A DNA stretch of 64,000 nt from an uncultured Clostridia bacterium (GTDB taxonomy: Bacteria; Bacillota; Clostridia; Oscillospirales; Acutalibacteraceae), in assembly GCA_947572385.1 (NCBI GenBank), contig CANPBX010000004.1, forward strand, positions 23,262 to 87,261, given 5' to 3'. A model generated the notes under the pieces. That model had not been told where the DNA came from and searched no databases. It worked only from the letters and a program-made list of their open reading frames with translations. The position numbers and the translations under genes were made by a program. This document shows positions 1 through 9,369 of this stretch, piece after piece. How positions within the stretch are numbered: the first letter of the stretch is position 1; each line of letters begins with the position of its first letter.

Positions 1-16
1 TGTCGATAATGTTCAT
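1..16 (-). CDS. 5' end of an unidentified CDS running off the window (MNIID...)
   Basis: Minus-strand ATG at 16 preceded by strong SD AGGAGGAGGG (21-30); only 5 codons visible. Confidence 0.5.
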
Positions 17-54
17 GCTTCCCTCCTCCTTTCATAAGCCGGAAATTATAGTTC

Positions 55-156
55 TAGTAAACGCACTTAAAGATCGGTAAATGCCGGTTTTTTTAGCCGC
101 GTTGACTACAGCACATTTTCAAACCATTCATTCCGATTTTTTAACTGTGCTGACTA
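55..156. mobile_element. MITE-like element copy A (102 bp, imperfect terminal inverted repeats)
   Basis: Left end TAGTAAACGCACTTAAAGATCGG and right end CCGATTTTTTAACTGTGCTGACTA are imperfect inverted repeats; homologous to 20646-20747. Confidence 0.6.
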
Positions 157-204
157 TTTCAGGCTCTGTCATATTTTTCGCGCCCACCGAAGGATTTATA
201 CAGC

Positions 205-244
205 AAAAAGCCGCCGGAGCTTTTGGCTCCAGCGGCAATTTTTG
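205..244 (-). terminator. Intrinsic terminator downstream of secDF
   Basis: GCCGCCGGAGC/GCTCCAGCGGC stem flanked by A and T tracts, just after the secDF stop. Confidence 0.7.
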
Positions 245-261
245 TTATGGATCTTTTTGTT

Positions 262-2607
262 TTACCTGCTCTCAGCCTTGCGCACCTGCCAGGCAGCAAA
301 GAGGTTTGGGGCAATGAACTGCGAGGAGAAGCATCCGGCTACAACACCCACCATCATCGGCAGTGAGAAGGACACCACTGTACTGATGGAGAAGATGCCC
401 GCCACCGCCAGAACTACCACCAGCGCAAGGAAGGTCGTAAGGGATGTGAGCACCGTGCGGCCCAGGGTCTGGTTCAGGCTCAAGTCCATTGTGTCCACAA
501 ATTCGGCGCGCGGCCCAAGCTTGCGCTTATTCTCGCGCACCCGATCGTAGATAACGATCGTGCTGTTCAGCGAATAGCCCAGCAATGTCAGCACCACCGC
601 GATAAAGATATCGTTGATGGGCATACCGAATATCACGAACACGCAGAATGCGATAATTATGTCGTGGAGCAGTGCCACTATAGCTGTAAGGCCAGCGGAC
701 AGGCCGCCGATCTTCTTAAAGCGCAGGGCGATATACACCAGCAGCAGTATTGCGGTCAGTAAGAAGCATACCATGCACTTCTGGAAGAACTTGGCGCCCA
801 TTGTGGCGTCAACGGAGTTGGACTCCAGCAGCGTGAACGTGGCCTCGTCGAAGGCGCCGCTGAGGACTTCGGCAACCTGGGACTGCTGGTCAGGGGTCAG
901 GCTCTTGTTCCCGGCAAAGGAGACGGTCACACTGTCCTGGCCTGAGGTTATATCCTTATTGATAGACACAGAGCTGTCAAGGCCCATCTCGCCGGAGATA
1001 GTGCTGGCAATGGACTCGCTGTCATATCCCGTGCCCTCAACTGTATAGCGTATCATAGCGCCGCCGGCAAACTGGATGTCCAGCTTCGGGCCCATTACAA
1101 GGCTTGCGATAAGCCCTACCACAATGAGGACTGCGGAGATGGTGTAATAGGTCTTGCGGCTGCTGAAGAACTTAAATCTCCTTGTCTTGACCTCGGTGCC
1201 CTCTCTTGAAGCGCCGAAGAGCCAATGGTTCCTAAACGGCTTGAAGGCGGCAAGGGAGAGGGTCATGAGCCTGGTTGCAAACACGCCCATAATGAAGTTG
1301 GCAATGATGCCCACCAGCAACGTGAAGCCAAAGGAGAAGATGGAGCCCGTGGTGGACTGCCCAAATATCATTGAGAGGATATTGCTGGGGCCAAAGACCA
1401 TCATCAGCATGATCGCCACAATTGCGGTGGTGATATTGCCGTCGAAGATGGCCCAGAAGCTGCTCTGGAAACCGCTCTTCAGTGCTCCGTCCAGGGTCTT
1501 GCCGTTGTTCAGCTCCTCCCTGACGCGGCTGGCGGTGATAACATTCGCGTCAACGCCAATACCAATGGAGAGGATAAGGCCGGCAATACCGGGCAGGGTC
1601 ATTGTAAAGGAATTCATATTGGGGAAGAAGCCGGACACTGCCGCAAAGCATATGCCCATCTGCCCCGCCAGGCTGATAACGGCCACAACGCCCGGGAGCC
1701 TGAAGCACACTATCATCAGCACGGCTATCACAATAAAGGCTATAACCCCCGCCATGAGCATGGCTGAAAGCGCCTGGCTGCCAAGGGTTGGGGCCAGGGA
1801 GTTGAAGTTTGAGGTCTCCAGCGCAAAGGGCAGCGCGCCCGCCTGTATCTGGGCGGCCAGGGTGGTGGCCTCCTCGCTGGTGAAGGTGCCGGAGATAACT
1901 GCGTTGCCGTCGGTTATCTGGGACTTGACATTGGGATAGGAAATCATCACGTCGTCCATCCAGATGGATATGACCGACCCAATCAGCCTTCCGGTGGCCT
2001 CGGAGAACTTCTCCTTGCCCTCCTCGCTCAGCTCCAGCTGGACCACATACTGGGTCGCGCCGGTCTCCTGATCCTGCTGCACGCCGGGCTGGGCGGTCAC
2101 AACGTCCGCGCCCTCAAGTATGATAGTATCGGCTGTAGTGCCCTTGGGAGTCTTGTAGATCTCCCTGCCGCCCTCGCCGTACTCCATGGTCTCGTACTCC
2201 ATGCCCTCTCTGAATGTGAGCATGGCGGTTGCGGACAGCTCGTTTATAGCCTTCTCCGGGTCAAAATCCGCCTCGTCCGACTTCCAGGGGAAGCGTACGA
2301 TTATGCGGTTATTGGCCTCGTCGGTATACAGCTCATAGTCTGTGATATTCTGTGATACCATTCTGGTCTCGATTATCTGCTTGGCGCTCTCCAACTCGCT
2401 GTTGGTGGCGGTTATCCCCCCCGCAGGGCTGAAAGTGGCCTCCACGCCGCCGCGTATGTCTATGCCCCAGCGTATATCCCCCGCCCCTTTCAGGTAGGTG
2501 ACCTTGAAGTCGCCGTTCTGGCCGTACACACCGAAAAGGGAAGTGTACACCAATGCAGCTATCAGGACCAGGACCACAAAGAATACCGGTTTTTTTACTC
2601 GCCTCAT
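262..2607 (-). CDS. secDF: Fused protein translocase subunit SecDF
   Basis: SecD motifs (GIDIRGG, GIGVDANVI) and SecF motifs (IQFAGG, GYSLNSTIVIYDRVREN) in one ORF; start set at ATG 2607 behind SD GGAGGA rather than 2634. Confidence 0.93.
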   Translation of the reverse strand: MRRVKKPVFFVVLVLIAALVYTSLFGVYGQNGDFKVTYLKGAGDIRWGIDIRGGVEATFSPAGGITATNSELESAKQIIETRMVSQNITDYELYTDEANNRIIVRFPWKSDEADFDPEKAINELSATAMLTFREGMEYETMEYGEGGREIYKTPKGTTADTIILEGADVVTAQPGVQQDQETGATQYVVQLELSEEGKEKFSEATGRLIGSVISIWMDDVMISYPNVKSQITDGNAVISGTFTSEEATTLAAQIQAGALPFALETSNFNSLAPTLGSQALSAMLMAGVIAFIVIAVLMIVCFRLPGVVAVISLAGQMGICFAAVSGFFPNMNSFTMTLPGIAGLILSIGIGVDANVITASRVREELNNGKTLDGALKSGFQSSFWAIFDGNITTAIVAIMLMMVFGPSNILSMIFGQSTTGSIFSFGFTLLVGIIANFIMGVFATRLMTLSLAAFKPFRNHWLFGASREGTEVKTRRFKFFSSRKTYYTISAVLIVVGLIASLVMGPKLDIQFAGGAMIRYTVEGTGYDSESIASTISGEMGLDSSVSINKDITSGQDSVTVSFAGNKSLTPDQQSQVAEVLSGAFDEATFTLLESNSVDATMGAKFFQKCMVCFLLTAILLLVYIALRFKKIGGLSAGLTAIVALLHDIIIAFCVFVIFGMPINDIFIAVVLTLLGYSLNSTIVIYDRVRENKRKLGPRAEFVDTMDLSLNQTLGRTVLTSLTTFLALVVVLAVAGIFSISTVVSFSLPMMVGVVAGCFSSQFIAPNLFAAWQVRKAESR

Positions 2608-2708
2608 GTTTGTTTTCCTCCAGTAGCCCGCCACTGCTATATTGCCTAAATTTCGGGGCCGGGCCGTAAACTTTATAGTAACTGGGCCGAAGCCCTATAT
2701 TACGCACA

Positions 2709-2735
2709 AAACAGGGCAGCTTTAACTACCCTGTT
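2709..2735 (-). terminator. Terminator after ispH/rpsA
   Basis: AACAGGGCAG...CTACCCTGTT inverted repeat with flanking A/T runs. Confidence 0.6.
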
Positions 2736-2753
2736 ATTTGCTCATGCGCTAGA

Positions 2754-4757
2754 TTACTCCTCAGATGGCTCCTCAGCCACGGCAGCGTCCTCTGTGCTGA
2801 AAACTACCGCCTCGGCGGGAGCGTTCTCAGCTGCGGCGTCAGCCTCTGCCTGCTCGTCCTCCAGCACCGCGCGGATGGAGAGGGACACCCTATGGCGCTC
2901 CAGATCCACGTCGGTGATCTTCACCTTCACCATATCTCCCACCTTCAAGACGTCCTGGGGCTTGTCAATGCGGTGGTCGGCTATCTGTGAAATATGGATA
3001 AGGCCGTCGATGCCGGGTATCACGCTGGCAAAAGCGCCGAATTCGGTCATGCCAACGACCTTTGCCTCGCAGACGGTGCCCGTGGGGAACTCCCTCTCGA
3101 GCTTCACCCAGGGGTTGTCCTCGGCACGCTTATAGCCAAGGGATATCTTGCCGTTCTCACGGTCGAGGCCCTTTACGTACACTGTTACGGTGTCGCCTAC
3201 ATTCACGACCTCGCTTGGGTGCTTGACCCTGTTCCAGCTGAGCTCGGAGATATGGACCATTCCGTCTACGCCGCCCAAGTCCACAAAGGCCCCGAAGCTT
3301 GTGAGGGACTTCACCTTGCCGGTGAACTCCTGTCCCTCCTCCACCTGCTCCCAAAACTTCTGCTGGGCAGCCTTGCGCTCCTCGCGTAGGACGCTGCGGA
3401 TGGATCCCACCGCCCTGCGGCGCTTGCGGTCCACTTCTATGACCCTGAACCTTACTTCCTTGCCCTGCATTTCGTTAAGGTCGTCGCCCCGGTTTACGGT
3501 AGCCTGGGAGGCGGGCACGAACACCCTCATGCTCTCCCAGAGGACGATGACGCCGCCCTTTACCACCTCGATGACCTTGCCGTTCAGGATCTCGCTGTTG
3601 TCAAGGGCTGTCTGGATAATATCCCAGCCTTTCATGGCGTCTACACGGCGCTTGGAGAGCATGATGGTGCCCTCCTGGTCGTTTGTCTTCATAATGAGCA
3701 GCTCCAGCTCGTCGCCCATCTTCACGATGTCCTCGGGCTTTGCCGCCGGGTCGTTGGAAAGCTCTGCTACGGGGATAAAGCCCGCCTGCTTGCGCCCTAC
3801 GTCCACATAGACCTCTGTGGGGGAGATGCCCACAACTACGCCATGTACCTTCTCATCTGTATTCATGCTTTTGAGGGATTCCTCAAGCATCTCCTCAAAA
3901 TTCTGTTCCGTACTGTTGACTTCAGCCATGGTAACTAGTACCTCCTTTATTATGCTTGCCGGGGTCGAGGCCCCGGCGGTTATGCCAACGCTCAGGCCGG
4001 CGGAAAAGGTGGGCAGTTCGCTCGCCTTCTCGATGAGATACGTTCTACACTGCCCCGCGCATATATCGCGGAGCTTGGCCGTATTCGAGCTGTCCCTGCC
4101 TCCCACGACCACCATGCAGTCGCAGCTTTTGGCAAGGTCCAGCGCCTCTTTCTGCCGTTTCGCTGTTGCATTACATATTGTATCAAAAACCGAGGCATTT
4201 GTACATACCTTTTTGAGAGTTTCCAAACATTTTTCCCATTCCCCTATATGGAAGGTGGTCTGGGCCGCCGCCGCAATGGGGGTATTTGTGAGCTCTGTAT
4301 GGCTCTTTAGCAGATTTTGCAGTTCTTTATGGTCCCTGCACACAAAATATGGGCCCTTGCAGTGGCTTAGAGTCCCCTTTACCTCAGGATGGCCCGGGTC
4401 CCCGAAGAGAATAAACGTCCTGTTTTCCTCAGAGGAACACCCGGCCAAGTGGTGGATTTTTTTAACAAACGGGCAGGTAGCGTCCGCAAACTCCAGCCCC
4501 AACCGGCCTATTTCCTCCTCGGTCTCAGCGGTCACTCCGTGGGAGCGCAGCACCAGCACGTGGCCCTCCGGCGTGTCCTTCGGGGAGCCCACTACCCTTA
4601 CCCCCCTGGACTCCAGCTCCTCCACAAGCTGTGGGTTATGGAGCAGCGCCCCCAAAGTCGCCGCCTTCTTCCCTTCTTTCAGGAGGCCGTACACCATATC
4701 CACCGCCCGCTTTGCCCCGAAGCAGAAGCCGGCGGTCTTGGCAACTTTTATTTTCAC
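2754..4757 (-). CDS. ispH: Bifunctional 4-hydroxy-3-methylbut-2-enyl diphosphate reductase / 30S ribosomal protein S1
   Basis: N-terminal GFCFG, DATCP, TICNAT, GASTP motifs (IspH); C-terminal four S1 repeats (FGAFVDLGGVDGMVHISEL); GTG start overlaps the plsC stop. Confidence 0.95.
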   Translation of the reverse strand: MKIKVAKTAGFCFGAKRAVDMVYGLLKEGKKAATLGALLHNPQLVEELESRGVRVVGSPKDTPEGHVLVLRSHGVTAETEEEIGRLGLEFADATCPFVKKIHHLAGCSSEENRTFILFGDPGHPEVKGTLSHCKGPYFVCRDHKELQNLLKSHTELTNTPIAAAAQTTFHIGEWEKCLETLKKVCTNASVFDTICNATAKRQKEALDLAKSCDCMVVVGGRDSSNTAKLRDICAGQCRTYLIEKASELPTFSAGLSVGITAGASTPASIIKEVLVTMAEVNSTEQNFEEMLEESLKSMNTDEKVHGVVVGISPTEVYVDVGRKQAGFIPVAELSNDPAAKPEDIVKMGDELELLIMKTNDQEGTIMLSKRRVDAMKGWDIIQTALDNSEILNGKVIEVVKGGVIVLWESMRVFVPASQATVNRGDDLNEMQGKEVRFRVIEVDRKRRRAVGSIRSVLREERKAAQQKFWEQVEEGQEFTGKVKSLTSFGAFVDLGGVDGMVHISELSWNRVKHPSEVVNVGDTVTVYVKGLDRENGKISLGYKRAEDNPWVKLEREFPTGTVCEAKVVGMTEFGAFASVIPGIDGLIHISQIADHRIDKPQDVLKVGDMVKVKITDVDLERHRVSLSIRAVLEDEQAEADAAAENAPAEAVVFSTEDAAVAEEPSEE

Positions 4758-5437
4758 CGGGCCGCCTCCCTGTCTTCACCTGCCTGGGAGGGCAGCCCCA
4801 GCTCCTTTAGGGTCTCCTCCCTCAGTCCCGCTATCTCCTTCATAATAGTCCTGCTGGCCCGCCTCAGCTCAAGGCTGGAGTCGTCTTTTATATTAAGGTC
4901 CTTTGAAGGTATGGGCCTGCCGATATTTATAATATGCCGCTTGAACATCTTCGGCAGCCCGCCGTCCTCGGTGGTGATGCACACCGGCACTACCGGGGCC
5001 TTGGTGCGGTAGGCCAGCAGCGCGGCGCCGGTCTTTGGCCTTTGCAGCAGGCCGTCCTTTGACCGGGTGCCCTCGATAAATATGCCCACCATGCCGTTTT
5101 CGTCCAGAAGCTTATAGGCATTCTCAAGAGCGTCTGTACCGCCGCTGCCCCTTATCACCGGGAACGCCCCCAGCAGCCTCAGAAGCCCCCCAAGGAACTT
5201 CCCCCGGAAGAGCTCCTCTTTCGCCATATACAGCACCTGCCGCCACTGGGCCACCCCCAGCATAACCGGGTCCCGCTTTGCCATATGGTTGCTGCATAGG
5301 AGCACCGGCCCGGCCTTCGGTATATTCTCCCTGCCCCGGACGCTTATCCTGAACACCGGATAGTAGAACAAAGCCAGCAGCAACTGGCCTATAAGGTATA
5401 GCAAGTCCTTCCGTCTTGCCCCGCGCTTTTTTGCCAT
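4754..5437 (-). CDS. plsC: 1-acyl-sn-glycerol-3-phosphate acyltransferase
   Basis: NHxxxxD motif (SNHMAKRDP), FIEGTRS, MAKEELF; canonical cmk-plsC-ispH order. Confidence 0.88.
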   Translation of the reverse strand: MAKKRGARRKDLLYLIGQLLLALFYYPVFRISVRGRENIPKAGPVLLCSNHMAKRDPVMLGVAQWRQVLYMAKEELFRGKFLGGLLRLLGAFPVIRGSGGTDALENAYKLLDENGMVGIFIEGTRSKDGLLQRPKTGAALLAYRTKAPVVPVCITTEDGGLPKMFKRHIINIGRPIPSKDLNIKDDSSLELRRASRTIMKEIAGLREETLKELGLPSQAGEDREAAR

Positions 5438-6118
5438 TTACTCGCTACCCCCTGCCTTATTCTCCATGCGCCCCCGGGCCATGGAGGTGAGCTCCTGCAC
5501 CACCTTCCGGAAGCTAAGGCCTGTGGTGTCAAGTATCACGCCGTCCTCAGGGCGCAAATCCAGCTGGGCCGAGTCCTGCCTGTCCCTCTGCACTACCTCC
5601 CTGAGCACCTCCTGGAAGTCCGCCTGCTCCCCAGCCTCCTCAAGCTGCAGCGTGCGCCTTCTGGCCCGCTCCTCGGGGGAAGCCGTGAGGAACACCTTCA
5701 GCTGGGCCTTCGGCAGTATGACCGTGCCGATGTCCCGGCCGTCCATCACCACGTTGTTCTTTCTCGCAAGCTCCCTCTGGACCTCCACAAGGAACGCCCG
5801 GACCTCCGGGATATGGGCCACCCATCTTGACGTCGCCATGGACACCTCCTGGGTGCGTATCTTCTCCGAGACGTCGCGCCCTCCCAAAAGGGTACGCTGG
5901 CCGGCCTCCCCGTATTCCAGGGAGACCTCCACCCCGGGCAGGGCTTTTGTCACCGCCGCCGGGTCCTCAATGTCCACGCCCTTTTCCAGCATATAGAGGG
6001 CGATGGTCCTGTATATGGCCCCGGTGTCCACATAGGTGAAGCCCAGCTCCCTGGCGGCGGCCTTCGCCACGCTGGACTTCCCCGCCCCCGCCGGGCCGTC
6101 TATCGCTATTGCAAACAT
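5438..6118 (-). CDS. cmk: Cytidylate kinase
   Basis: IAIDGPAGAGKSS P-loop, DTGAIYR, MDGRDIGT. Confidence 0.95.
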   Translation of the reverse strand: MFAIAIDGPAGAGKSSVAKAAARELGFTYVDTGAIYRTIALYMLEKGVDIEDPAAVTKALPGVEVSLEYGEAGQRTLLGGRDVSEKIRTQEVSMATSRWVAHIPEVRAFLVEVQRELARKNNVVMDGRDIGTVILPKAQLKVFLTASPEERARRRTLQLEEAGEQADFQEVLREVVQRDRQDSAQLDLRPEDGVILDTTGLSFRKVVQELTSMARGRMENKAGGSE

Positions 6119-6141
6119 AGTTCTCCTCTCCCTTGCTTCAT

Positions 6142-6702
6142 TTATCCCTTCAGCTGCCGGTATTCCTGCTTCAACAGCCTGTACTCAAGCCTGGTCTTCA
6201 TTCTGCCCTCGTGCCATTGCCAGTCCACGTGCTCGGCCTCTTTTATAAGCCCGCATTTCTGCATTATCCGCTCCGATCCCCTGTTCTCCTGAAGGCACCC
6301 GGTAGTGACCCTGTACACGCCGTCCTCCTCAAAGGCGAAGCGCAGGACCTCCCCAAAGGCCTCAGTGCCGTACCCCTGCCCCCAGAACTCCGGGAAGTAG
6401 AAATACCCTGCGTGGACAAGCTTGCCCACCGGTGTGCGTTCCCCAACGGTATAGCCCACAGAGCCCAGCTGCCTGCCGCTTTCCTTCAGCTCCACCCGGA
6501 AAAAATAGAACTTCCTGTCAGGCTTCAAAGCGTCCTCAAGCACGCCCGCGAACTCCCTGTCGGATTCCTCCCGGCTGTGTACCATGATATCCCACTGGTA
6601 CTTGAGCATAGCCCCCTCGTCGGACTTGAGCTGATAATATTCTTCCTCGTCACAGGGCATATAGTCACGGATAACCAGCCTGGACGTTTCAAGCCTGATC
6701 AT
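6142..6702 (-). CDS. GNAT family N-acetyltransferase (RimJ/RimL-like)
   Basis: LETSRLVIR N-terminus, FWGQGYGTEA motif A, ENRGSERIMQKCG. Confidence 0.85.
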   Translation of the reverse strand: MIRLETSRLVIRDYMPCDEEEYYQLKSDEGAMLKYQWDIMVHSREESDREFAGVLEDALKPDRKFYFFRVELKESGRQLGSVGYTVGERTPVGKLVHAGYFYFPEFWGQGYGTEAFGEVLRFAFEEDGVYRVTTGCLQENRGSERIMQKCGLIKEAEHVDWQWHEGRMKTRLEYRLLKQEYRQLKG

Positions 6703-7109
6703 AGTTCCCTTTCCTCCTTCACTATGAAGCCGTCTATCAAAGCGATATCCCTCAGGTCTTTCTCCCGGCCCAGAGCCTCCTTCTGCTTCCTTATGCTCAG
6801 AAGGCTTGCCGACCGCAGCCCCTCTATCTCAACGACCTCCTCGGTCTCCCAGTCCTCCAAGACCTCCACATGCTCGTTTATGGAGAAGATCCTGGTATTG
6901 TCCAGCCCGTCCCGGCGGAAAGGGTACCCCTCTGCCTCAAGCCGGTCTGCAAGCTCCTTTGTGCAAACAAGATCCACGTCGCGGGTGTTCTCCCTTACTC
7001 CGAACAGCACCAGCGCCGCCCCTGAGGTCAGCCAGCATTCCGGCCCCATAAACTCTATCCCCCGGGCAATGCTCAGCACATCCTCCCGGCCCAAAAGCCC
7101 CTTATCCAT
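6699..7109 (-). CDS. Small pol-beta-superfamily nucleotidyltransferase-like protein
   Basis: SGAALVLFGVRENTRDVDL (G-x-A...DxD) and C-terminal GREKDLRD pattern; ATGA-type coupling to the GNAT gene. Confidence 0.6.
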   Translation of the reverse strand: MDKGLLGREDVLSIARGIEFMGPECWLTSGAALVLFGVRENTRDVDLVCTKELADRLEAEGYPFRRDGLDNTRIFSINEHVEVLEDWETEEVVEIEGLRSASLLSIRKQKEALGREKDLRDIALIDGFIVKEEREL

Positions 7110-8340
7110 TTGCTCCCTCCTGTTTTCCCATGCTCACCCCTGCAAGCCTTCCCGTGGCAAAGGCTATCTGTAAATTGTACCCCCCTGTAGGCGCGTCCAC
7201 GTCCAGCATTTCCCCGGCAAAGTAGAGCCCCTCTATAAGCTTCGAGCCCATGGTCCTGGGGTCAACCTCCTTAAGGCTCACGCCCCCGGCGGTAACTATC
7301 GCTTCCGCAATGGGCCTGAAGCCCTCTATCTCCACCGTGAAGTCCTTTAGTACCCCAAGCAGGCTCCTTCGCTGCTCTCTGGTCATAGAGTTGCACCTTG
7401 TCTCCCCGGGCACGCCCGAGCGCTCAACCGCCACAGGTATCAGCTTCTGGGGCAGGAGCCTGTCAAGGGAATTTATCAGCTGCCGGTTTCTGTTCTCCTC
7501 CAGGTCCCGCAGGAGCCTTGCGTCCAGCTGCCCCTCGTCCAGGGCTGGCTTTAGGTCTATATGCACCATATAGGCTCCGGGCGCCATAGGGCGCATAAAC
7601 GCAGAGGCGCTCAAAATAGTGGGCCCTGAGAGTCCGAAGTGCGTAAAGAGCAGTTCCCCAAAGTCCTCATATACCGGCTTCTTTTTCCCCGCGGCCGTGA
7701 CCCTGACCCCTACGTTGCGCAGGGACAGGCCCATAAGCCTTTGGCAGAACTCCCCCGCCTCAACAAGCGGCACCAGGGACGGCCCTATGGGGGCTATGGT
7801 ATGCCCAAGCCTCTCGCAGAGCCTGTAGCCCGACCCGTCCGAGCCGGTCGCCGGATAAGAGGCCCCGCCGCAGGCCAGCAGCACATTTCTCCCCTTATAA
7901 TATCCTTTATTCGTCCTTACCCCGGTAATATGCCCATTCTCCGCAAGCACCTCGGTTGCCGTCTCCCGGCGAAGCTCCGCGCCCGCTGCAAAGCGCGCAA
8001 GGGCCCCGGCTATATCCGCCGCCCTGTCCGACCGGGGGAACACCCTGCGGCCCCGCTCAGTTTTCAGTGGAACGCCAAGGCCCTCAAAAAAAGCCATAGT
8101 GTCCTCGGGGGTGAAGCCTGACAGCGCGCTGTAGAGGAACCTTCCTCCCCGGGCGGCGGAGATGACATCCTCCGGCGGGCAGTTGTTCGTCACATTGCAG
8201 CGCCCCTTGCCTGTGATCCTCAGCTTGCGCCCAGGCAGCTCATTTTTGTCAAGCACCAGGGTGCTGAGCCCCCGCCTGGCGCAGTTTCCCGCAGCCATAA
8301 GCCCCGCGGCCCCGGCCCCGACTATAATAACGTCTCTCAG
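7102..8340 (-). CDS. HI0933/YhiN family FAD-dependent oxidoreductase (probable CTG start)
   Basis: KLRITGKGRCNVTN, ACGGASYPATGSDG, AIVTAGGV, TGGYNLQ; the GAGAAG FAD motif lies upstream of ATG 8298, so the start is extended to CTG 8340. Confidence 0.9.
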   Translation of the reverse strand: MRDVIIVGAGAAGLMAAGNCARRGLSTLVLDKNELPGRKLRITGKGRCNVTNNCPPEDVISAARGGRFLYSALSGFTPEDTMAFFEGLGVPLKTERGRRVFPRSDRAADIAGALARFAAGAELRRETATEVLAENGHITGVRTNKGYYKGRNVLLACGGASYPATGSDGSGYRLCERLGHTIAPIGPSLVPLVEAGEFCQRLMGLSLRNVGVRVTAAGKKKPVYEDFGELLFTHFGLSGPTILSASAFMRPMAPGAYMVHIDLKPALDEGQLDARLLRDLEENRNRQLINSLDRLLPQKLIPVAVERSGVPGETRCNSMTREQRRSLLGVLKDFTVEIEGFRPIAEAIVTAGGVSLKEVDPRTMGSKLIEGLYFAGEMLDVDAPTGGYNLQIAFATGRLAGVSMGKQEGANG

Positions 8341-9209
8341 CTGTTCCTCTCCTCCACCTTCTCATATACTCCGTACTCGTCCCAAATACCCTCTATCTTC
8401 TCCAGCACATTTATTACTTCCTTCTTCCTTCGGATAGCCGCCGTGACTATCAGGGCGTTTATCACGCTGAGCGGCCCCACCAGGGAGTCCACAAAGGACA
8501 CCATATCGCTTCTTGCCAGCAGCACATGGGAGGCGCTCTGTGCCAGAGGGGAGGCGGTGCTGTCGGTTATGGCTATAGCCGTCATGCCCTGCCTTGAGGC
8601 ATACTGCAAAGCCCTTGCAGCCTTCTTGGAGTACCTGGGGAAGCTGATGGCGATTATCGCGTCCTCCCTGTCCACATGGACCATCTGCTGAAGTATCTGC
8701 GCCTCGCTTGTAGCCTCTATGAGCTGCACGCTGTCGAAAACCAGCTGCATATAGTGGGCCAGGAAGGTCGCCAGGGCCAGTGAGCTCCCCGCCCCCAAGA
8801 CAAAGACCCGCCTGGCGTTCACCAGGGCGTCCACCGCCCTATAGAACTCCGCCCTGTCCACGCCCTCCCTTGTGCGGCGCAGTATGTCTATATCCTGCCC
8901 CAGCACGGCATCCAGGAGCTTATCCGGCGGTATGTTCCTGGAGGTCATCTCCAGGCGCTGGAAGCTGGTCATTTTGTTGCGTATCATCTCCTGCACGGCC
9001 TGCTGCATCGCCGGATACCCGGAGTAGCCTATCTCCGTGGCGAAGCGCACCACCGTGGACTCGCTGACCCCCACCGTTGAGCCCAGGCGGGAGGCTGTCA
9101 TAAAGGCAACTTCTTCGGGGTGCTCCTGCAAATATCTGGCGATGGCCCGCTGGCTCTTTGAGAAGCCCCGGCGGTTCTCCTGTATCTTTTCGGAAAGCTG
9201 ATCGTTCAT
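8337..9209 (-). CDS. MurR/RpiR family transcriptional regulator
   Basis: N-terminal HTH (SKSQRAIARY...GVSESTVVRFATEIGYSGY) plus SIS domain (ISFPRYS, ITDSTASPLA). Confidence 0.92.
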   Translation of the reverse strand: MNDQLSEKIQENRRGFSKSQRAIARYLQEHPEEVAFMTASRLGSTVGVSESTVVRFATEIGYSGYPAMQQAVQEMIRNKMTSFQRLEMTSRNIPPDKLLDAVLGQDIDILRRTREGVDRAEFYRAVDALVNARRVFVLGAGSSLALATFLAHYMQLVFDSVQLIEATSEAQILQQMVHVDREDAIIAISFPRYSKKAARALQYASRQGMTAIAITDSTASPLAQSASHVLLARSDMVSFVDSLVGPLSVINALIVTAAIRRKKEVINVLEKIEGIWDEYGVYEKVEERNS

Positions 9210-9247
9210 AGGTCGCTTTATTCCTCCAAAAAAACGTATTTAACATG

Positions 9248-9276
9248 ATTTTACGTCCTTTTCAGGCAAAAATCAA
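9248..9276 (-). promoter_or_regulatory. Sigma-A-type promoter of the murR-cmk-ispH operon
   Basis: TTGATT-17 bp-TAAAAT on the minus strand. Confidence 0.55.
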
Positions 9277-9314
9277 GTCCTATTCAAATAAATTCTCTCC
9301 GGCTAAAGCACAAA

Positions 9315-9352
9315 AACCGGGCAGCCCCCTTTTTGGGATAACTGCCCGATAA
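9315..9352 (-). terminator. Terminator after the DUF5685/J-domain operon
   Basis: CGGGCAG...CTGCCCG stem followed by a T-run on the minus strand. Confidence 0.6.
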
Positions 9353-9369
9353 ACTGAAAGCTGCATTTT

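Noticed and set aside
262-2607. SecD-SecF fusion as a novelty
   Set aside because: SecDF fusions are well established in Firmicutes
2754-4757. IspH-S1 fusion as a novelty
   Set aside because: Known, common fusion in Clostridia
3817-7173. Long plus-strand ORFs (3817-4845, 6133-7173 and others)
   Set aside because: Antisense to well-supported ispH, plsC, GNAT and NTase genes
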